Shown here: positions 38,390-49,530 of the stretch, in pieces
Numbering within the stretch: position 1 is the stretch's first letter
How the letters are laid out: every line of letters starts with the position of its first letter
From: Octopus sinensis
Lineage: Eukaryota
DNA length: 64,000 bases
Assembly: GCF_006345805.1 (NCBI RefSeq)
Contig: NC_042997.1
Span: forward strand, 74,524,001 to 74,588,000
Direction: 5' to 3'
Notes under the pieces: model-generated
The model's input: only the letters and a program-made list of their open reading frames with translations
The model's database searches: none
What the model was told of the DNA's origin: nothing
Position numbers and translations under genes: made by a program

Positions 38390-40900
38390 ATCATCATCAT
38401 CATCATCATCATTTAACGTCCGTTTTCCGCGCCAGCACGGGTTGGATGGTTCGACCGGGGTCTGGGAAGCCAGGCTCCAGTCTGATCTGGCAGAGTTTCT
38501 ATGGCTGGATGCCCTTCCTAACGCCAACCACTCGGCGAGTGTAGTGGGTGCTTTTTACGTGCCACCTGCACAGGTGCCAGGGGGGGTCCGGCATCGGCCA
38601 CAATCGGTTGGAGCTTTTAACGTGCCAGCGGCACGGAAGCCAGCCAAGGCGGCGCTGGCAACGTTCGGATGGTGCTTTTTATGTGCCACCGGCACAGAAG
38701 CCAGTCGGGGCGGCACTGGCATCGGCCACGTTCGGATAGTGCTTTTTATGTGTCACTGGCACAGGCATCACAACTACTATTTCCATTGATATTTATTTCG
38801 ACGTTCATGTTCATGTACTTGACTCAACAGGTCTCCTCAAGCACAGTGGGATGTTCTGGGATCCAGGATACTTTGAATGGGCAGGGGCTATGCGGAACTG
38901 ATGCAGGAAGCAGCCCGGGTCTTTGCAGTCACAGCATATCTCCAGAGATCTCGGTCCTTCGCCATTGCCTCAGTGAGGCCCAATGCTCTGAGGTCATGCT
39001 TGACTACCTCATCCCATGTCTTCCTGGGTCTACCTCTCCCCCTGATACCTTCAACTGTTTGGGAGTGGCACTTCTTCACACATCTCTCCTCATCCATCCG
39101 CAGTACATGACCATACCATCGCAAGCGTCGCTCTTGCACACTACATCTGATGCTTCTTATATCCAGCATTTCTCTCAGGGTGCTTACACTCTGTCATGCG
39201 TGCACACTGACATTACACATCCAGTGGATCATGCTAGCTTCATTTCTTTTAAGTCTACGCATGTCCTCTGCAGTCACAGCCCATGTTTCACTACCGTGAC
39301 GCATGGCAGTTCGCACACATGCATCATACAATCTACCTTTCGCTCTGAGCGAGAGACCTTTTGTCGTAAGTAGGGGTAGGAGCTTTCTGAACTTTGCCCA
39401 GGCTATTCGTATTCTAGTGGTGATACTCTCTGTGCATCCACCTCCACTATTAACTTGGTCACCCAGGTAGCGGAAACTATCAACTACTTCTAGTTTCTCC
39501 CCCTGGAGTGTGACGGAATCTGTTTTCTGAGTGTCTGTGGTGTCTATTGTCCCTGTGCATCTGCCGCACATGAAAGCTATCTTATCAGTTGATTTCCCTT
39601 TAATGTTGCTGTACCTCTTATGCGTCCATAGCTTACATTGGGTGCATCTTATGGAGTTTCTACCTACACCTTTCCTACAGATCGAGCAGGGCCACCTGCC
39701 CGAGGGGGTGTGTGCTGAGTTCGCTTTTCTGCTTACTATAACTTTGGTCTTTGCTACATTTACTCTAAGGCCCTTTGATTCTAACCCTTGCTTCCACACC
39801 CGAAATTTCTTTTCTAGTTCCGGTAGTGATTCTGCTATGAGAGCAAGGTCATCAGCATAGAGGAGCTCCCAGGGGCATCCTGTTTTGAATTCCTCTGTTA
39901 TTGCCTGGAGGACTATGATGAATAAAAGGGGACTGAGGGCTGAGCCTTGGTGCACACCTACTTCTACCCAGAATTCTTCATTATATTCGTTGCCAATCCT
40001 AACCTTGCTGACAGCCTCTCTGTATAGAGCCTGTACAGCCCTTAGCCATTCGTCAATCTCCAGTTTCTGCATCGACCACCAGATAAGGGAACGGGGAACC
40101 CTGTCAAAGGCTTTCTCCAAGTCCACAAAAGCTATGTAAAGGGGTACTTCTCCTGCAGTTTTCGGACCAGGAATATAGCATCAGTGGTGCTTCTACCTGG
40201 CACAAAACCGAACTAGATCTCATCTAAGCAAATTCTCTCCCTAATGAGATGGGTTATGACACTCTCTGTGACCTTCATCACCTGATCCAACAGTTTAATA
40301 CCCCTGTAGTTATTTCTATCTAGAGCATCACCCTTACCCTTGTAGCAGTTGACTATGGTGCTGCTACACCAGTCATTGGGTATGACTCCATTATGAACTA
40401 CCTGGTTTACAATGCGGGTGACTAGGCCATAGCCCACATAGCCAGCTGTTTTAAGCATCCCAGCAGTGATTCCTGATGGGCCGGGGGCTTTACCTGTTTT
40501 CATATCCTTAATTGCCTTAACTACAAGGGAACTGTCTATTCGGATAGCTGGTCCCTCTACTGGGTCAACATTTGGCAGGCTCTCCTCCTCCCATTCATTC
40601 TCCTCATTCAGCAGTCTTTCATAATGGCTTCTCCAAGCCTCTTTCTTTTCACCAACAGTAAAAGCAAGTGCCCCATCATCCATGCGGACACATTTCTCTC
40701 CTGTAACATCACTATTTTCTCTGACACACTGTCTGGCAATCCGAAATACCTCAGCTCTTTGGTCCTCATGTCGCTGGACATTGGCAAACTTCTTCTTTTC
40801 TGCTACATACCCTTTTGGCTACCTGGTACAGTTCCCTGCTACCCCCATCCCTCCAGGCTTTCCAGGCCCGTCTCTTTGCACTAATGGCTTTATCCACACC
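38390..40900 (-). mobile_element. RTE-clade LINE, 5'-truncated, with RT largely open (310-aa ORF)
   Basis: DLEKAFDRVPR, GVHQGSALSPLLF, ELLYADDLAL, FRYLGD, LRWYGHVLRM; 3'UTR repeats and (GAT)n tail. Confidence 0.92.
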
Positions 40901-40969
40901 CAACATACACACAGAGATGTATTTTATCCATATATACCTATTCATACATACATATACGCATATATATAC

Positions 40970-41065
<96 letters not shown>

Positions 41066-41225
41066 CGTATATTTGCCATTTGAATATGGCTAAACCCTAA
41101 GGGTGGATGCTACTGTAGTTTGTAGCCCCAGGAGGACACCTCCTCCAGCTGGCTATAGACACACTTTCTATGCCCTATCAGTATTTGCAAAGGGAAGCCA
41201 TCCTTCCTGTCTTCATTTTATGATA

Positions 41226-41270
41226 CACACGGACTCGAGTTTCAGGGTATTGACCCGTCATCGGCGTGTG
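41226..41270 (-). ncRNA. Minimal type-I hammerhead motif in the PLE 3' pLTR, with 2 deviations
   Basis: CACACG-CCGATGA-CGGG TCAATA CCCT-GAAA-C-TCGA-GTC-CGTGTG: 6-bp stem I, palindromic TCGA loop and GUC site. U4 is changed to C and the first pair of stem II is mismatched. Confidence 0.65.
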
Positions 41271-41929
41271 ACAATCATAGTTGTTGATGAGAAGTAGGTT
41301 CCCTTCACAAATACATATACTTTTTCCAGTATCGATTGACATTGATATTGAAAAAGTGTAATCAAACAATGATAAATCTCAGAGCGAGTTATAAACAGTA
41401 GCAGCAACACATCGTGACGTATATTTGCCATTTGAATATGGCTAACCCCTACAAGCATACACATGTCTGCACGCACATGCACACATGCATATGCATAAAT
41501 ATAACTATCATTTCTTATTTCTTAAATTATATGCAGGAGCTGAGGTCAAAATTTTCCAATTGAGGTCATAACTAATTCCCTTATCCTTAAGTTCTCATAT
41601 ATATTTATTTAAACCAGTGGAATTGTTCTTATTTCTGTTCCTAAAAGTATACAAATGGTAGGTCAATCGCTGTTTTATAGAGTTTCAGGTAGCCCCCACA
41701 TAAACCAAATTATTCAATTGAGTAATTACTATACATTGGTAAACTACCTCTTTTTTATTGCAAGACTTATTAAAAGCACAATTATTATTATTTCTACAAT
41801 CACAAAGTCTATACTGTTGTGTGGGGTTTACACTGGTTTGGTTAGTGTGCATGGTGGAGGTAGCATGTGGTGAAGTATAGCTGTTATTGTTATTCCTGAT
41901 GTTATTATTAGAGCTGTTATTATTATTAT

Positions 41930-44370
41930 GTTGGTGGCCAGGTTGGTTCTCGACCAACACGAAGGCTGCATTGTCAGAGCTAAGGCATGTTCGGTAAGCG
42001 GGGAGAGAACTAAGGCCACTCGATGGGCCTGCATGGCAGAGGTGAAGGGTGGCAACAAAGCGACCATTCGGTCTTTGGTGGACCAGATGTGTGTGATCTT
42101 TCAGCGGCACTTTGCTCAACTGTTCAGGACGAACAGTGGGATGAACAATGGGACAGACTTCAGTGTGTACCAGGACGGCCTACCGCAACTCTCAGCCAGC
42201 AAAGTGGAGTGCTGTGAAAGACCGATATCTGCCTGGAAGTAGAGGAAGTGATGAAAAGCTGCACGAGAGGTAGATCGCCAGGTTTAGATGGTCTGCCCTA
42301 CGAGCTTTACATTTCAATACCAGATTTGTTTGTGGGCCTCTTGGCCAACGTCTACTGCAAAACAGGAGAATTCCTGCTTTTGTTTGTCGAGGAGTAGTGG
42401 CTTTGCTGAGAATGGACTCAAACAAGGGGGACGTGATAGGGAACTTTAGGCCTATCACTCTGCTCAATGCAGAGTTGAAGATTTTGGCCAAGGTGCCAGC
42501 CAAGAAATTGGTGCTTGTTGTGGACAAGCTGATTGGCAAGGCGCAGACATGCACCATACCAACCAGGTCTATACACAATAACCTCCATCTCATGCACTAC
42601 ATCATAGAGAGGGTGGGTAACGAAGGTGGCACGGGTGGGGCTTTGATCAATTAAGATCAGTCTAAAGCCTTTGATAGGGTCGACCATCAATACCTGGCAG
42701 CTGTTCTCAAGGCAGCCGGTTTCGGTCCGGTCTTCCACGGGTGGATTGCTGCTTTGTACAGTGGCATCTGCTCAGTCATAAGCCCAGTCTCCTCCCTCCT
42801 GTATGTATTGACTCTCGAGCCATTACTGCGGAAGTTGGAGGCTTTGAGGGGTATCCCATGCTATCTAGGATGTGGAAACAGTGTGTCTGCCTATGCCTAC
42901 GACGTCACCGTAATGGTGTTGAGCCACAGGCACACTGACCTGATCGGCAAGACACTAAGCAAATACAAAGCGGTCACAGGTGCAAAGATTAATGCGGAAA
43001 AGTCAGTGGGCTTGCAACTGAGCACCTGGAGGGGCAAGTCCATGCCATCCTTGAAAGGTCAAGCAGAGGTGGCGAATGCATACATCACATCCGTCATCTA
43101 TTACCGATTGACTGTCGTCCCTTGTCCCAACCGCTGGTTGGCCAAGCTGTTATGTTTGCTCTTCAACTTTTTGTGGAAAAGTCAGGTACCACTGGTCAGG
43201 TGCTTCATCTGCTGTCAGCAGCCGCTGAACGAAGGCCTTGGCATGCCGTGGTTACTGATGCACAGACATGCACTCAGGCTACAGCATCTCAAGCGTTTAC
43301 TGGACGGTGAATAGGTGTGGTCATCCTTCGTCAGATATGACTTTCCGCAGCTTGTCTCTTTCACAGAGCTGCAATCTTGGATCAAACGCAGACCGAGAAA
43401 GGGTGCTTGGCACCTTGAGTGCCGTCAAGCTCTCTCTGCTCTCCACCAAGTGGGCAATGCAATCGGTAGTTGTTCCACTCTAGCATTCTATAGAGGGTTA
43501 GTGGAAGAAAAGTGTGACGACATTCTCAGGGAAACTCTAGGCGTCGACGATAATGAGTTAAACAGTCTGTTCAGAAGAACTTTCGGGCCGGGGCCCATGG
43601 ATAATTTCCAAAAGTCCCTCGCCTGGCTGTGCTAATGAGGGCGCTGCCTGTTCGAGATAAACTCTACCGGCACAGAAGTGCCATCAGCCGGGCCTGCCCG
43701 AGGTGCGCCCAGGAAAACGAAACCATTCTGCATGCACTCGTTCAATGCCTGAGTATTGCTGACCTGTGGGTTTATGTCAAATAGCTACTGTCACATATAG
43801 GATGGATCTGGCTATCAGCTGAATCCATAGTGAAGATTGCCCCACTGACCTCCTTTAACCGGGAGGGCAAGGCAATTTTCCTTTGTCTGGTGGCTATAGC
43901 GAAAGAAGTAGTATGGTGGACTCATTTGAAAGGGCTAAAGTCAGACACTTTCCTCTTTGGCCAAGTCTCATCAACTTTTTCAAGTTCCACTTGAAAAGGA
44001 AGATGAGAGTAGAGAGAATATTGAAAGGTGGGTGAATGTCAGAAAAATGGCCAGTATGAACGGACCAATTCTGAGGTTACACCTGTAATATAAAAAGGTA
44101 AATATAAAAGGGGAAAGGGGTTCTCTACCCCTTTTTGACCAGGCTCCATGGGTTCTTCCATGAGTAACCTTTCGAAGTGCCTCCCCCTATTAGGAGTTTT
44201 ACTTGTTATATAATTTTGTTGTTATTTTGAATGCTTACACGGACCTTTCTATTGGACAAAACCCTTTGTACATTTCGTCCTGTATTTGTCCTTACATGTT
44301 TTCTTGATTTTTGTTAGCCCTTGTGGCCAATAAACCAGAATTAATTATTATCTTTATTATTATTATTTTT
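41930..44370 (+). mobile_element. L1/Tx1-clade LINE, 5'-truncated, degenerate
   Basis: NFRPITLLNAELKILAKV, DQSKAFDRVDH, SAYAYDV (YADD variant), C-terminal CPRC...ETILHAL..C knuckle, and AATAAA plus (TTA)n tail at about 44329-44370. Confidence 0.85.
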
Positions 44371-46858
44371 TTTTTATTGGAGTAAAAAGTGTCGAGTTTT
44401 TTATTCTTCATGGAAGAGATAATAGTAGCTAGGTTATGTGTCAGGCTATGACCTATTCTTATTGTTTTACTATTAATAAGTTCCCAGTACTTATTATTTC
44501 TTTTAATAAAGTGTTTGTTAATTAGTTTAAATATGGGTTTAACTAAGTTATTTTGATTTGCATAGCATATGGTATTATTAGCCATAGAGTATCATTTCCT
44601 TAGTCCGCATAATTAGGATTACTATTTGTTGATCCTTTGCTTTTATTTGAACAATAATTATTATTGACCTTCTCACATCAATAAGTATGTCTATATTATT
44701 ATCATTAGTGGAGCTAACGACAGGTATCTGTTTTGGATTTTTTGTGCTATTTATTTTATCATTATTATATCTGAGTGTATTTCTAGGATTTTAAAATTAT
44801 TTTTATCTTTATTACTACTGTAAATGTTCTTATCATAGGTATCCTTAACATTTTCATTATTATAGGGAATATCTAATTTTATCCTAATAACCTGTATTTT
44901 TGAGTGCTACATTATATTTTTTTATGCTTATTAAAGATGGCTTCATTGGAGGATAGATGGGAGATTCTTTTGCTGATATTTCTTAAAACAGCTCTTTTTA
45001 TTGATTGAGGATGGTTACTAAAATTATAGATGTATCTTAAATTAGAGTTCTGTTTCATATATGGTTCATGTAGTCCAGTATTTAGATTACAATTTGTGTC
45101 CAGATAATTAATAGAGTAATTTTCGTTTTTTATAGTAATAGAGAGACCAAATTTACTGAAAAATCTATATAGGTGCTTCTTTAATAGTTCTAGGTACCTA
45201 TTAGAATAATTTCTAACTATAAAAAGTGCATTGTCTCTATACAGACCTCCTCCTAATTCGGGGAATTCTCTATTTATGCTATCCAAAAGGTAAATTCCCA
45301 CCAAGTCTGTCACCTCAGCTGAATCTGGTGAGCCCATTGTAATATCAAAGAGATTAGGGGTGTCATTTCTTGCCCATAATTTGTTATCAAATTTGATAAC
45401 AGATTTATGAGCTGTAAGTATAACATTAATTTCCCTCATACTTAAATTAGTATATTTTCTTGTGAAAATAAGAGCACTGTTCAAAATAGTGGGATTAATT
45501 GAAGAGTAGTAATTTGGTATGTCTATTTGCAGGAATTTATGTTTATCCTTATTTTGTATATTGGAGAACCAGTCCAATGCACTTTGGGCATTATTCCATA
45601 GTTCTAGCTTAATTTTGTTCTTCAGTGTTGGTAAGTATTTGTCTAAAATTACCTTACTGAGTTTACTTATGTCCAATTTATTGGGACATATTAATCTTAC
45701 TTATGTTTTATTTAGGAAGTTATCCTTATGGTCCTTAATTGTAATACGGGGTCTGATTGGTGTGAATGGTTCTGCCTTATCATTGAAGCTGTAGTCAAAC
45801 ATAATTTTCTTGGCTTCTTAATTTATTTTCTGGATAGTATTATTAGGGACTATCTTATACATTTTAGTAATTTCCCTTTGGATGAGTTCATGGTAGGTAT
45901 TAAGGTCAATGTTGTATTATGTTCTTAGTTTTGTATCAAGATTACAAATCAGGTTTTTAAGCTTCCTCTGGTATGGGTTATGCCTGATGGGGTGGTTCAT
46001 AAATTTAATGTTCATAATAATATTCCATAATTCTTGCTCAAAAGTGTCCAGGTCCTTGTTAGTTGGTGGTGTTTTTTTAGATTTAAAGATACGATTGGTT
46101 AGCTCATTAATTTCTGTGTTGCTGGTATTGGGTATTTGTAGTATTACAAGTGCTGTGATCCAACTGTGATAGTTTCCATTCATGGTGACATACTTTCCAG
46201 TGGAGCCTATGATTGAATTCATTAATTCTAAATATGAGTTCCTTGAGATAAGAGTATTTGGGAGGTATAGGTATGTCTTTAAGCGATGAGTCAATCTTAA
46301 TCAACTCCATTTTGCCAGTAGTATTCATCTTAAAGACTTATTTATGTTATCTATGTATATTTGCATTAACAACAAGTGCCATACAATAATAAATAAACAA
46401 GCATTTTATCAATATAATTAGGTATATAGGAGTTAGAGGTTAGACAACCATCTAAAGGATAATAAATATCCAATTATACTACTGGAGGGATACCTGTTTA
46501 TATTCAAAGACTTACTGTTGCAAGGCAATAGTACAATTGAATAATAGGTACAAGTGGAAGTTAACAAATGTTTATCCAGAAAGGAAGAAAATTGAGAAGA
46601 GATTCAATTGACAAACATCAGTAAGATTTATTTACTATAATCATAGGAATAAATAAATACAACTCCACTCTTACAGCTATTTCTATTTTGAGGATCCAGT
46701 ATGCTAAGGTTGACATATCATACAAATATTGAACTACAAAGCTTCATCAGAGAGTCAGTAAGTCCATAATGTTAAGGATACAAGGTAAAAAATAAAAAAG
46801 TAAAGACCAAGGTTATATTCAGAAGTTGTGAGATCACATCTTATTGTTTGTTTTCATT

Positions 46859-47765
46859 CAGTTTCCTTGTATGTCTCCACTGTCCTGCTTTGTTCCCAAC
46901 TTTGACCCTCCATAAATCCAAAATTTTATTTTGGTATTTATGGGAGCAACTGTCTTTGAAGACTCATATTGTCGTTCAATGCTTGAAATGAGGAATAGAC
47001 AGCCAACAACTGATGAAAGGTCGTTGTCTTGTTTTCCATTTATTTCTCTTGTTGTTTGCATATTGAACTCATTTGTTTTTGTATTTCATGTTGTTTACTG
47101 TTGGTGACATCCCATACCCATATATGCATATTTATATTATTATTTGATTGACCACCACACATCCATTTCCAAGTAAGTTTTTCTCAATCTTTTTGATGTG
47201 ACTCTTCTCTATACTGTTTTCTCCCCTTCTTTTTCTCCCCTTCACTGTTTTCTATCTGTCTCTTTCTCTCCCTCTTTCTCTTTTCCTCTCTCCCATTGCT
47301 CACACATGACCATCGTCCATTTTTCCTTTTCTTACGAGATTGTCTTTCTTTTCCTTCAGGACTGTCCCAAGGACTGGACGTATTCTATCTCTCTCTTCTA
47401 TCTTATCTCTTTTCAAAGAAATATTTCTCCAGCGTTCACTATTTTACTCTTGTTCTGGTCTAACGATCCTCCATTTTTGTTTACATTCTGTTTCCTTGTA
47501 TGTCTCCTCTGTCCTGTTTTTGTTCCCAACTTTGACCCTCCATAAATCCAAAATTTTATTTTGGTATTTATGGGAGCAACTGTTTTCGAAAACTCATATT
47601 GTCATTCAATGCTCAAAATGAGGAATAGATAGACAGCCGGCAACAGAAGACTTGTTCTTCGTTTTACTTATCCTGTTTTCTATTTGTTTCTCTCATTGTT
47701 TGCATATTGAACTCATTTGTTTTCACATTTCCTATTGGTTACTGTTGGTGATGTCCTGTACCTAT
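46859..47765. repeat. Two diverged direct copies of a roughly 270-bp unit (46859-47122 and 47488-47765), possibly PLE pLTRs
   Basis: Both copies contain gttcccaactttgaccctccataaatccaaaattttattttggtatttatgggagcaactg; they sit upstream of the PLE ORF and end at a (TA)n tract. Confidence 0.6.
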
Positions 47766-47768
47766 ATA

Positions 47769-47821
<53 letters not shown>

Positions 47822-47891
47822 TATATATATGTATATATATGTATATATATATGTATATATATATGTATATATATATATATTATATATATAT

Positions 47892-47934
<43 letters not shown>

Positions 47935-47948
47935 ATATATGTATATAT

Positions 47949-47980
<32 letters not shown>

Positions 47981-48249
47981 GATGATGATGATGATGATAT
48001 ATGTATATATGTATATATATATATGTATATATATATGTGTATATATATATGTATGCATATATATGTATGTATATATATATATGTATATATATATGTATAT
48101 ATATGTATATATGTATATATATGTATATATGTATATATATGTATATATGTATCTATATGTATATATGTATATATATGTATATATGTGTGTGTGTGTGTAT
48201 ATAAATATATGTATAAATATATGTGTATATATATATGTATATATATATG

Positions 48250-48285
<36 letters not shown>

Positions 48286-48387
48286 CATATATATGTGTGT
48301 GTGTATGTGTATGCATATATATACATATACATATATTATTTATGCTATTATTTGATTGAATGCCACGCACCCATTTCTATGTAAATT

Positions 48388-48425
<38 letters not shown>
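47765..48425. repeat. Compound (TA)n/(TATG)n/(GAT)n microsatellite, about 660 bp
   Basis: Seen directly; source of the YIYI and MYIC pseudo-ORFs. Confidence 0.98.
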
Positions 48426-48430
<5 letters not shown>

Positions 48431-48590
48431 AGATAGGGGTTGAAAATTCAACCCACCATGGGATAACATATATCCAATATACTGCTAGAGAGGTACCCAA
48501 CAATACTAATACATAAATGTTAAAAATTGCCATGCAATTAATTCATCTACTGTATTATGTGGGCAAAGGTAAAAATATTACCGTAAATTA

Positions 48591-48770
48591 ATACTACAAA
48601 ATTAGAAAATGGAGAAACATACTTAAATCAATCAAATATCAACCATCAGATGATACCCAATCAATACTTTATTACACCAAATGGTGTAATAAAGTATTGA
48701 TTGGGTATCATCTGATGGTTGATATTTGATTGATTTAAGTATGTTTCTCCATTTTCTAATTTTGTAGTAT
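48591..48770. repeat. Perfect palindrome: 89-bp arms with a 2-nt spacer
   Basis: Checked in 10-bp blocks: 48591-48679 is the exact reverse complement of 48682-48770, with spacer AA. Confidence 0.97.
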
Positions 48771-48843
48771 ATATATATAATATATATATATATATATCCT
48801 GAACAGGATAAGCTACCCCTATTTTGCAGAAAAAAGTGTTCGC

Positions 48844-48919
48844 GGCCGGCTATGAGACTCGAACTCACACCTCTGTGATTACGCATTGTGGTGCTCTGAA
48901 TCATTAAGCTAAATGACTC
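48844..48919 (-). tRNA. Degenerate tRNA-like sequence, copy 1 (pseudogene or SINE head) in a roughly 309-bp tandem duplication
   Basis: Minus strand TTAGCTTAATGATTCAGAGCA (A box/D arm) and GTGAGTTCGAGTCTCAT (T arm/B box); acceptor and anticodon stems are poor. Confidence 0.5.
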
Positions 48920-49151
48920 ACACCTCAAATTCCTCCACAAATTTAAGATATATAGAAATCTCACTTTATGAGACACTATCATACATTAAATTAAAATTAT
49001 GATGGACGTAAATAAACAAAGTTTGCTTTAAAAGTGTTGAGATGTCTTTAGAAAGTTAAAGAAGTGATTTTAAATTCTCAAACGCAGGATAATGCAAATA
49101 ATACAGCCTGAACAGGATAATCTACCGTTATTTTGCAGAAAAAAGTGTTGG

Positions 49152-49228
49152 CAGCTGGCTATGAGACTTGAACTCACACCTCCGTGATTATGCGACGCAG
49201 TGCTCTGAACCATTAAGCTAAACCATCC
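49152..49228 (-). tRNA. Degenerate tRNA-like sequence, copy 2 (Met-CAT-like loop)
   Basis: TTAGCTTAATGGTTCAGAGCA...CATAATC..GAGGTGTGAGTTCAAGTCTCAT resembles the CATAATC..AGGTCGTGAGTTCGA segment of elongator tRNA-Met; stems are imperfect. Confidence 0.5.
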
Positions 49229-49437
49229 ACACCACAAATTCTTCTGCAAATTTAAGATATATAGAAATCACACTTTATGAGACACTATCATACGTTAAAT
49301 TAAAATTACAATGAACGTAAACAAACAAAGTTTGCTTTAGAAGCGTTGAGATGTCTTTAGAAAGTTAAAGATACATGAACACTTTTAAATACAAACATTG
49401 AGAGAAGTTTGTGTGGAAAATTCTAAAATAAACATAC

Positions 49438-49530
49438 TTGATCTTCTGGTCGAGTGCGGTCATTTCTTTTTAAAGATCCTGCAACTACCAAAACAGATTT
49501 GATAGCCCTCAGTCCCCAATCATAATGATC
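49438..49530 (-). CDS. DNAH9/11/17-like: Axonemal dynein heavy chain, exon B
   Basis: Not in the ORF track. Read by hand as [31 protein letters not shown] (93 bp, 31 codons). AG acceptor at 49532-49531, GTATGT donor from 49437; continues exon A in frame. Confidence 0.95.

Larger units (their letters stand above)
41062..46340 (-). mobile_element. Penelope-like element (N-terminus, RT, linker, GIY-YIG, pLTR), interrupted by a Tx1 LINE
   Basis: SSLKDIPIPPKYSY (46.3 kb); FDITMGSPDSAEVTDLVG and GLYRDNAL (RT); LINKHF...TIRIGHSL linker; CDCRNNNNC...C...VVYQC...VYVGAT (GIY-YIG, about 41.7-41.8 kb); 37-bp direct repeat at 41062 and 41414. Confidence 0.85.

Noticed and set aside
38527-38765. CRISPR-like look: palindromic 24-bp repeats with 35-bp spacers
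   Set aside because: The spacers are homologous to each other, the array is part of a LINE 3'UTR found many times in the window, the context is eukaryotic and there are no cas genes.
41490-41720. In-frame TGA codons in the PLE GIY-YIG region as selenocysteine
   Set aside because: TGA also replaces a Trp and occurs beside TAG and other lesions, so ordinary decay explains it; no SECIS was recognised.
41934-44329. GTGGCCA at both ends of the Tx1 as a target-site duplication
   Set aside because: The left copy lies within Tx1 coding sequence (LVARL) and the right copy precedes the element's AATAAA, so the match is coincidental.
47000-47030. CTGATGA as a hammerhead core in the 270-bp duplication
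   Set aside because: No GAAA follows the putative stem II, and the second copy lacks the motif.
47713-48370. Long ORFs of 130-200 aa (YIYI, MYIC types), and similar ones at 0.8-1.1, 2.7-3.0, 4.9-5.3, 6.1-6.5 and 25.7-26.0 kb
   Set aside because: They are translations of (TA)n, (CA)n and (TATG)n microsatellites, which lack stop codons; not genes.
48844-49228. Functional tRNA genes
   Set aside because: Acceptor and anticodon stems are mispaired and the two copies disagree at the anticodon; kept only as tRNA-like relics.
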